From the IMG/VR virus record IMGVR_UViG_3300044272_002181, positions 1 to 24,547 of that record: a stretch of 24,547 nt of DNA. One strand, given 5' to 3'. How positions within the stretch are numbered: the stretch's first letter is position 1; each line of letters begins with the position of its first letter. This DNA is from a virus. Its lineage: Duplodnaviria; Caudoviricetes. Positions 16,219-22,818 of this stretch are shown here, one piece after another. Both the position numbers and the translations under genes were made by a program. Under the pieces are notes generated by a model, which was not told where the DNA came from, searched no databases, and worked only from the letters and a program-made list of their open reading frames with translations.

Positions 16219-16823
16219 CAGTGAGCTAAATAAGCAATATTTTTGATTGACTTATCCCAACACGCTCTGCAGCTCTTGCACTCGTTGCCCTGGTTAGGTG
16301 CTGGACAATTAGCCTTAGTTTTATCAGTGACCACGGTTGAAGTATTAGGCCAGCCGCCCGCCGCTTCCTGGTCAATCATTGGCATTGAAAATCTTATATT
16401 TAAATTATCAGGCGCAGCCGGTATAAATTTTTTTACCCAGGCTTCACGGGTTGGCAGCCAGTGATCAACCGACGGCGTCAGTTTACAAACTTTGAAAATT
16501 TTTGCTAAGTGTTTCAGGTCCTGGATATCTCCCGAGTCGTGCCACCTAAATTCTTTAGATCTTTTATTATTTATTTGTAATGCCATGGCCTGAACCCATC
16601 TCCGATCTTTAATTGCTTTTAGTCTGTAGTATTGTGCATTTTGTACAACTTTAAAAACATAGCAACCTTTTAAAGCATAACAATCATAACAAGTCGAGCC
16701 CTTAACATTTTGCAGCTTGCCGCCGGTCTTGCATTCTTTAGCTGGTAACCCGTAAGACCATCCAGGCATTTTTGAAGGCTTGCTCAGGCTGCCTGTAATT
16801 TCTTTTGCTGTTTTTATATCCAT
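16218..16823 (-). CDS. gp88-like Cys-rich, putative Fe-S (radical-SAM-like) protein
   Basis: LSKPSKMPG, ECKTG...TCYDCYA...GCY, FRWHDSGD, HWLPTRE, C-terminal CP...CKSCRACW; AGAAAGGA RBS. Confidence 0.75.
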   Translation of the reverse strand: MDIKTAKEITGSLSKPSKMPGWSYGLPAKECKTGGKLQNVKGSTCYDCYALKGCYVFKVVQNAQYYRLKAIKDRRWVQAMALQINNKRSKEFRWHDSGDIQDLKHLAKIFKVCKLTPSVDHWLPTREAWVKKFIPAAPDNLNIRFSMPMIDQEAAGGWPNTSTVVTDKTKANCPAPNQGNECKSCRACWDKSIKNIAYLAH

Positions 16824-16843
16824 AATTTTTTAATCCTTTCTAT

Positions 16844-16877
16844 GTCCTACAATATCCCAGGCCTGCGGACTTGTCAA
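16844..16877 (-). promoter_or_regulatory. sigma70-type promoter of the gp88-like gene
   Basis: Minus: TTGACA (16877-16872), 17 nt, TATTGT; overlaps GTCCTA-caat-ATCCCA (16844-16859). Confidence 0.8.
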
Positions 16878-16884
16878 GCTTGTT

Positions 16885-16905
16885 AGTTTAGAATCATTCT
16901 AAACT
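16885..16905. promoter_or_regulatory. Irr iron control element (ICE)-like palindrome
   Basis: AGTTTAGAAT-C-ATTCTAAACT, a perfect 10-1-10 inverted repeat containing TTTAGAA-N3-TTCTAAA. Confidence 0.75.
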
Positions 16906-16906
16906 G

Positions 16907-16936
16907 TGGGGGGCTTGTGCGTGGGCGGGCCCACCC
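16907..16936 (+). repeat. 30-bp GC-rich repeat, copy 1
   Basis: TGGGGGGCTTGTGCGTGGGCGGGCCCACCC; near-identical to 18641-18670 and 18673-18702. Confidence 0.9.
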
Positions 16937-17197
16937 AAAAAAAATAGCTTGAGGACTTTAGCCTGTCCCCTGAGGCCCGGACCAGTGAGCTAGTTGGTTA
17001 TTATCTAGAATACCTATATCTCTCACTGATCCCAGGTCCTGCTAGCTGAATTTAATTCGACACAGGACCAGGGATCAGGTCCAGGCCTATAGCTTTAATT
17101 CTAAATTAACCTGGACCATGGCTGATAGTGTGCACACCTTAAAGCAGTCAGCCGCCGCTCAAATTAATTAATTATCTAAACAAGTAAATTAATTAAT
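16937..17197 (-). ncRNA. Candidate structured non-coding RNA (tandem hairpins)
   Basis: No ORF in the track; four abutting stems; minus-strand promoter upstream; hairpin plus T8 downstream; G.U pairs favour the minus strand. Confidence 0.55.
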
Positions 17198-17199
17198 AT

Positions 17200-17244
17200 A
17201 TCCCATATAATCCTATTGACAATGATTGTCAAGTAGTTTATAAA
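17200..17244. promoter_or_regulatory. Divergent promoter pair built on palindrome TTGACAAT-G-ATTGTCAA
   Basis: Plus: TTGACA (17216-17221), 17 nt, TATAAA (17239-17244). Minus: TTGACA (17232-17227), 17 nt, TATATG (17209-17204). ATCCCA-tata-ATCCTA at 17200-17215. Confidence 0.75.
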
Positions 17245-17268
17245 AATAATTAACAGAAAGGATAAAAC

Positions 17269-17844
17269 ATGGCAAAAAGCACAATGCAAAAATGGCAACG
17301 GGACCACTTTGTATCCGAGTTAAACCGGAACTATGACCCGTTGATTAACGCTGCGGAATTGAAATTAAAATCAATAGAAGCAGAAGCAATAGAGATAGCA
17401 GAAAAAAATCTGGCAGATGATATTGGCGCAACACCAATTATTGAAGAGCTGCAGGAAGCTATTAATAATGTTAAAACTAAAATGAGTAAAGCGGCAAGGT
17501 TTTTTAATAAAACCAAACAAGCTAAAAAGGATATAAATTATAAATTCAAAGAAAAGGATTTTGATTTATTTGGTTATGGTTCAAGCCGTATAACTCCGGA
17601 CGATTGCTGGGAACAAATAAGAGACTGGGCCGGGGACTTTGCACGGGCAAAAATTAAACAAACACCCGAGGGCAAAGTGCTTGCAACATTGGAGGAAAAT
17701 AAAAGGGCTTCATATAAAGAAATCATGGAAGCAGGAAGCCCGGACAGTTTAAAAACTAAACTCCATAACAACCTACAAAAAGACGGTTTAAGCTGGAATA
17801 GAGAAGTAAAAGCTTTACCACCAATAGATGAAACAATTAATTAA
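17269..17844 (+). CDS. Hypothetical alpha-helical early-type protein
   Basis: 191 aa ORF; AGAAAGGA RBS; own promoter. Confidence 0.85.
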   Translation: MAKSTMQKWQRDHFVSELNRNYDPLINAAELKLKSIEAEAIEIAEKNLADDIGATPIIEELQEAINNVKTKMSKAARFFNKTKQAKKDINYKFKEKDFDLFGYGSSRITPDDCWEQIRDWAGDFARAKIKQTPEGKVLATLEENKRASYKEIMEAGSPDSLKTKLHNNLQKDGLSWNREVKALPPIDETIN

Positions 17845-17852
17845 TTTAGTTG

Positions 17853-17890
17853 TTGACAATATCTGGGATATCCTGTAATATCCCAGATAT
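17853..17890 (+). promoter_or_regulatory. sigma70 promoter overlapped by a 13-bp inverted-repeat operator
   Basis: TTGACA (17853-17858), 17 nt, TAATAT (17876-17881); ATATCTGGGATAT-cctgta-ATATCCCAGATAT at 17859-17890. Confidence 0.85.
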
Positions 17891-17907
17891 AAAAGAAAGG
17901 ATATAAT

Positions 17908-18120
17908 ATGAAAACAATAAAAATAAAAGAAGGTACAACAGGGCTTATCTCATACAAAGCAGATAAATATGGTAAGTTTATACACAGACCATTTAAGTGG
18001 GATAGTAAATGCACCTTCACAGAAAAGCACGTTATATATTTTGACACGTTCAGAAAAAATTATAGATGTGCAAAAAGACCAGTTAAGATGAGCGCAAACC
18101 AGGAAAGGAAGGCAGGATAA
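17908..18120 (+). CDS. Small basic hypothetical protein
   Basis: 70 aa ORF; AGAAAGGA RBS. Confidence 0.8.
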   Translation: MKTIKIKEGTTGLISYKADKYGKFIHRPFKWDSKCTFTEKHVIYFDTFRKNYRCAKRPVKMSANQERKAG

Positions 18121-18121
18121 T

Positions 18122-18292
18122 ATGTTATATATGTGGCTATCACTATTAAAAGTTTTAATAGGATTTGTGTTGGCAATGTTAGGATTAATATTGGCAATGC
18201 ATAGTGAATATACAATACCAGGACTGTTAGTCAGCTTTGCAGGTGTAATGGCTGTCTTAACTGGACTACCTAACCATAATGAAAGGATATAA
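18122..18292 (+). CDS. Small two-TM membrane protein (56 aa)
   Basis: Manual: MLYMWLSLLKVLIGFVLAMLGLILAMHSEYTIPGLLVSFAGVMAVLTGLPNHNERI. Confidence 0.75.
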   Translation: MLYMWLSLLKVLIGFVLAMLGLILAMHSEYTIPGLLVSFAGVMAVLTGLPNHNERI

Positions 18293-18293
18293 T

Positions 18294-18530
18294 ATGTACT
18301 TAATAATTAAACATCAAAAGTATGATCATTTTAATGATGATTATACAATCGCAGGGACTTCAGATTATTTGGAAGGCGCTAACGAATTGTTAGACGCTCA
18401 CAGAATAATTAATAAGAATAAGTCTGTTTTATTTTCAATAGTTAATATGGAAGAGCCATTAATATTAACTGATGAAATAAAGGACTCAAAACAATTAAAG
18501 TTTAAATTTGAGGGTTACGACTCTCAATAA
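18294..18530 (+). CDS. Hypothetical protein
   Basis: ATG 18294 preceded by GAAAGGA; 3' part of track ORF 18279..18530. Confidence 0.8.
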   Translation: MYLIIKHQKYDHFNDDYTIAGTSDYLEGANELLDAHRIINKNKSVLFSIVNMEEPLILTDEIKDSKQLKFKFEGYDSQ

Positions 18531-18557
18531 ATAGAACACTTTCCATAGTGTGTCCTT

Positions 18558-18592
18558 AACCGTGGCCCAGTAATCTGGGCCACGGTTTTTTT
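18558..18592 (+). terminator. Rho-independent terminator
   Basis: AACCGTGGCCCAG-taat-CTGGGCCACGGTT followed by a T-run. Confidence 0.92.
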
Positions 18593-18640
18593 ATATCTAT
18601 AATAATCCTACAATATCCTATGCAAAAACTGCATAGCTCC

Positions 18641-18702
18641 TGGGGGGCATGTGTGTGGGCGGGCCCACCCCCTGGGGGGCATGTGACCGGGCGGGCCCAC
18701 CC
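18641..18702 (+). repeat. 30-bp GC-rich repeat, tandem copies 2 and 3
   Basis: TGGGGGGCATGTGTGTGGGCGGGCCCACCC and TGGGGGGCATGTGACCGGGCGGGCCCACCC. Confidence 0.9.
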
Positions 18703-18843
18703 CAATAGAGGTACCAGACCAAACGACGTTTTTGTTTTGTTTATAAAAGGTCAACCCCCCTTTGACACAGAAGGGGTCCCAGAGTACGTATATATTGTAG
18801 AATACAGACAGTTATGGTAAAGGTTTTGAAAACAAGTTTATAT

Positions 18844-20325
18844 ATGTCTAACGAAAAAAATTTTTCAAAAAATTTTGACGGATTGACCAAGGAAGAAAGC
18901 GAAAGACTTTTAGAATTGGAAAGAAGTCTAGAACTAGCAAAAGCCAAACCAAAAATCGAAAATAACTTTTTGAGTTTTGTGAACTATGCTTGGCCTGAGT
19001 TTATTGAAGGATCACATCATAAAATTATTAATAAAAAATTTAACGAACTTGCCTCTGGCAAGATTAAGCGCCTAATCATCAACATGCCGCCAAGACATAC
19101 AAAATCGGAGTTTGCCTCATACTTACTCCCGGCATGGATGATTGGCCGTAATCCCAAACTAAAAATTATTCAAGCGACCCACACTGCAGATCTTGCAATA
19201 GACTTTGGTCGTAAAACAAAAAACCTGGTCGATGAGCCCCGGTACCGGGAACTTTTTTCTACAAGACTGCAAGAGGACTCTCAGGCTGCTGGTAAATGGA
19301 AAACGGAACAGGGAGGAGAATATTTTGCAGCTGGTGTTGGTGGAGCAATCACGGGCCGTGGTGCCGATCTCCTGATCATTGATGATCCACACAAAGAACA
19401 AGATATTAGAAAAGATAGTAAGTCTTTCGAAAAAGCTTGGAACTGGTATACATCAGGTCCACGTCAACGTTTACAACCAGGCGGACGTATTGTGGTTGTA
19501 ATGACAAGATGGAATACCAAGGATCTAACTGGACAATTAATCAGGGCTCAGGGAGAAGATGATTCTGATCAATGGGAAGTTGTAGAACTACCAGCGCTAT
19601 TACCATCAGGTAAACCAGTGTGGCCAGAATACTGGACAGCTGAAGAATTAGAAAAAACTAAAGCATCTATTCCAGTTTCAAACTGGAACGCTCAGTATAT
19701 GCAACAGCCAACAGCTGAAGAAGGCGCAATATTAAAACGAGAGTGGTGGCAAAACTGGGAAGGACACAACCCACCTCGAGTCGATTATATTGTGCAGAGT
19801 TATGATACGGCATTTTTAAAAAAAGAATCAGCCGACTTTAGTGCGATAACGACATGGGGAGTCTTTGAAGATGAAGACAAAGGTTATAATATTATCTTAC
19901 TCAATGCATTTAAAGATAGGTACGAGTTCCCTGAACTACGTCGCGTGGCTCATGAAGAGTATCTATACTGGCGTCCTGATATGGTTTTAATCGAGGCCAA
20001 GGCATCAGGAATACCATTAACGTCAGAATTGAGAAGAATGGGAATCCCAGTAATTAACTTTACACCTAGCCGTGGAAATGATAAACAAGCGAGAGTAAAC
20101 TCAATATCTCCGCTTTTCGAAAGCGGTAAGGTATATGCTCCTATGCATGAGCACTTTGCACAAGAAGTAGTTGAAGAATGTGCAGCGTTCCCGCATGGTG
20201 ATCACGATGACTACGTTGATAGCACAACACAGGCATTGATGAGAATACGGCAGGGCGGACTTCTACCTCATCCAGAAGATGAAAAAGAAGAGCCGAGAGA
20301 ACCAAGACAACTGGAGTATTATTAG
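18844..20325 (+). CDS. terL: Terminase large subunit
   Basis: NMPPRHTKSE (Walker A), ITGRGADLLIIDDP (Walker B), VMTRW, QSYDTA, GDHDDYVDS nuclease motif; start at ATG 18844 or 18814. Confidence 0.96.
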   Translation: MSNEKNFSKNFDGLTKEESERLLELERSLELAKAKPKIENNFLSFVNYAWPEFIEGSHHKIINKKFNELASGKIKRLIINMPPRHTKSEFASYLLPAWMIGRNPKLKIIQATHTADLAIDFGRKTKNLVDEPRYRELFSTRLQEDSQAAGKWKTEQGGEYFAAGVGGAITGRGADLLIIDDPHKEQDIRKDSKSFEKAWNWYTSGPRQRLQPGGRIVVVMTRWNTKDLTGQLIRAQGEDDSDQWEVVELPALLPSGKPVWPEYWTAEELEKTKASIPVSNWNAQYMQQPTAEEGAILKREWWQNWEGHNPPRVDYIVQSYDTAFLKKESADFSAITTWGVFEDEDKGYNIILLNAFKDRYEFPELRRVAHEEYLYWRPDMVLIEAKASGIPLTSELRRMGIPVINFTPSRGNDKQARVNSISPLFESGKVYAPMHEHFAQEVVEECAAFPHGDHDDYVDSTTQALMRIRQGGLLPHPEDEKEEPREPRQLEYY

Positions 20326-20326
20326 T

Positions 20327-20740
20327 ATGGAATTTGAAAAATACGAAGACGTAATCGATGCATTTGAAAGAGGCGTAGGTGTAGAACCAGGTGATACTCT
20401 TACAGACTATATTAGAAAAAATAATATTAAAATTGCAGACCCAATGCCTGATAATCAAGAATCAGGAATTATGCAAACTGACGATGCTAAAATAATGTTG
20501 TCAGAAGGCCCAATGATACAAGCTGGTTCTGACGATAGAGATCCTATTTTAGTTGAAGAGTATGAAAAATATATTTTTGACATGTTAGAGCAAGGTTTAC
20601 AACCAATGACTTTTGAGGAATTTAGAAGAGAAGCTATGTCTGGCATGGCAAAAGGTGGAGAAGAAGAAGTAGAAGAAATCAAAGAGAAAAAAGTAATATC
20701 CCTAGCAGGCGGCGGAATATCAGAATTACTGGAGGCCTAG
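20327..20740 (+). CDS. Acidic hypothetical protein with AxGG motifs
   Basis: ATG 20327 after GGAG; GMAKGG and SLAGGGI near the C-terminus. Confidence 0.8.
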   Translation: MEFEKYEDVIDAFERGVGVEPGDTLTDYIRKNNIKIADPMPDNQESGIMQTDDAKIMLSEGPMIQAGSDDRDPILVEEYEKYIFDMLEQGLQPMTFEEFRREAMSGMAKGGEEEVEEIKEKKVISLAGGGISELLEA

Positions 20741-22657
20741 ATGCCCATCCAAGACGAGCTAAAACTTTTCGTAGAAAATTTTAAATTAGAAAACGGAAGA
20801 ATCCCAACACAGAACGAAATATTTAAAGCTACAGGTCGTGCTGCTAAAACAATTAAATCTTATTTAGTTGAGGGAGTAGATTATGCAAAACCTTTAACTA
20901 AATTAGAAGCAGCAAAACTTGGTGGTAAGAAAGCTACTGGTATAACAAAAGTTAACCCTAAATTAGTAAAAGAATTAAAAGATTTAAAAGTAAAAGGTAT
21001 ATCTCTTTCTGTAGAAACAAGTCCGGCTGGCAGTAAATCTTTTAGAGTTACCTTTGATAAAAAATTAAATTTAAATAATATATCCGTTCCCGCAACAAAA
21101 GAAAATTTAGAGAAGATAAAAATTAATGTTAGTCAAGTTGTTGACAGCAATAACTATAACAAAAATATTTTACCTTTTCAAACATCAGAAGAAAAAAGAA
21201 GAATAAAAAGATTTAAAGAAGCAAACTATAAAAAGAAAGATCCGTATGGAGTTTATAAAGCTTTACAAAAATATAAAACAGAAAAATTCCCTGGGTCTTT
21301 ATCTAAAGATATTGTTATTCAACATGGTCAACCAAAATTTACCACACAAACTTTAAATAAATTTGCTTTAATACCTTCTGCTGTAAACATATCTGATACG
21401 GTTGAAAAAGTGGAAAGACTTCGTAACAATGCTCTTAAAATTGCACTAGCAACTTTAAATAATAAAAATGCAGATGTTGCAACAAAAAGAGCTGCAGCAG
21501 AAAAATACAATTCAATAGCAAGAGGTTTACGTGGACAATTAAAAGGTGAAGCATCTGGTGTGGTAAACTTTGAATTATTGGAAGTTGATAACAAAGGTAA
21601 TTTTAAAAAAATAAAAGACATTGGATTTGATTCAACAAAAGCTCTAGTCGCATCAGATAAAGATCTATCTAAAATTACAAAATTAGAGGCAGAAGAGTTA
21701 ATTAAATCTGGTAAGAAAAAAATAGATATTGAATCATTAAAATTAACAACAGATGTAAAACCTTTATCTAAAATAGACAGACCAGAAAAAGCTTTGCTAA
21801 CAGAAGACTTCAAAGCATTCTCTTCTAGAATAAAAAATTATGATAACTTAGATCCAACAACTTATCCGTCTAAAACTTATGTTCGTGATGAACTTAAAAA
21901 AGTTCCCGTAGAAGCACCCGTAAAACAAACAATAAAAGATTTTGATATTCCAAAAGGTACAATACTAAAAGGTCTTGCAAAAGGCACACTTAGAGCTGTT
22001 GCACCATTCGTTCCATTTGTAGGAGCGTTAGGTGTTGCACTTGGGGTATCTGATGTTGCAAAAGCAAAAGACGAAGGGCTAGAAGGAGAGGAGCTTGGTA
22101 TTGCATATCTTGTTGGACCAGAGCTAGCTAAAAAATATTCTGATTACAAAGATAGAAATTTAAATGTAGAAACGGAGTCAGAAGGAATTATGGGACTTAA
22201 GGACGGCGGCCGAGTCGGATTTTTCAAAGGTGCAGTAGCGGGTGGCGAAAACATTTCACCAGGCACGGACGTAGGAGGAAATGTTAGAGACGATAATCCT
22301 TTTACAGGAGGAGGTGATGATAAACCCACGAATATTCCGCCACCACCAAAAGATGGTACTATTCCTATTACAATAAACCTTGGAACGGAAGATGTATTAG
22401 GAGTTAATGTTCCAAAATTTGTGGACCTTGGTTTACCCACTCAATATGGCTTATTGAATCTTAGACAAAACTTTAGTGATTTTATTAATCCTGATGAAAT
22501 AGATATTGACCCTGAATTAACTTTCGGTGGTTCAACTCCTTTATTCGGAGGCAGGGTTGATTATGGTGTGGGTATAACAAAAGAAGGTTTTATGAGTGAT
22601 CCATCACCTTTTATAACATTTAGTAAAACATTGAACGCTGATAAATTTAGAAGATGA
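20741..22657 (+). CDS. Large Lys-rich multidomain protein between terL and portal (possible virion-internal protein)
   Basis: 638 aa; GGAGG RBS; HTH-like N-terminus; hydrophobic Gly/Ala segment; GLKDGGRVGF motif. Confidence 0.8.
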   Translation: MPIQDELKLFVENFKLENGRIPTQNEIFKATGRAAKTIKSYLVEGVDYAKPLTKLEAAKLGGKKATGITKVNPKLVKELKDLKVKGISLSVETSPAGSKSFRVTFDKKLNLNNISVPATKENLEKIKINVSQVVDSNNYNKNILPFQTSEEKRRIKRFKEANYKKKDPYGVYKALQKYKTEKFPGSLSKDIVIQHGQPKFTTQTLNKFALIPSAVNISDTVEKVERLRNNALKIALATLNNKNADVATKRAAAEKYNSIARGLRGQLKGEASGVVNFELLEVDNKGNFKKIKDIGFDSTKALVASDKDLSKITKLEAEELIKSGKKKIDIESLKLTTDVKPLSKIDRPEKALLTEDFKAFSSRIKNYDNLDPTTYPSKTYVRDELKKVPVEAPVKQTIKDFDIPKGTILKGLAKGTLRAVAPFVPFVGALGVALGVSDVAKAKDEGLEGEELGIAYLVGPELAKKYSDYKDRNLNVETESEGIMGLKDGGRVGFFKGAVAGGENISPGTDVGGNVRDDNPFTGGGDDKPTNIPPPPKDGTIPITINLGTEDVLGVNVPKFVDLGLPTQYGLLNLRQNFSDFINPDEIDIDPELTFGGSTPLFGGRVDYGVGITKEGFMSDPSPFITFSKTLNADKFRR

Positions 22658-22818
22658 TAAAACGATTAACTAGAACAATACCACCACTTAGAGGACCAGA
22701 CCCACAAGGGTTGAATGTTCCATATAAACCGACTATAGTGGTTCGGAACTCGGAGAAAATAAATGGCAGAAATAGACAAAGCTCTTCCAAACGTAGAGCA
22801 AACAATAAAAACGCCTAG
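22654..22818 (+). CDS. Small Pro/Arg-rich protein preceding the portal (54 aa)
   Basis: Manual: MIKRLTRTIPPLRGPDPQGLNVPYKPTIVVRNSEKINGRNRQSSSKRRANNKNA; ATGA coupling. Confidence 0.55.
   Translation: MIKRLTRTIPPLRGPDPQGLNVPYKPTIVVRNSEKINGRNRQSSSKRRANNKNA
22711..22739 (+). promoter_or_regulatory. Putative promoter for the portal/structural operon
   Basis: TTGAAT, 17 nt, TATAGT; then GGAG RBS and ATG 22763. Confidence 0.65.

Noticed and set aside
16937-17197. CRISPR array or tRNA interpretation of the hairpin region
   Set aside because: Stems are not identical direct repeats, no cas operon is present, and I see no cloverleaf with T-loop and acceptor stem.
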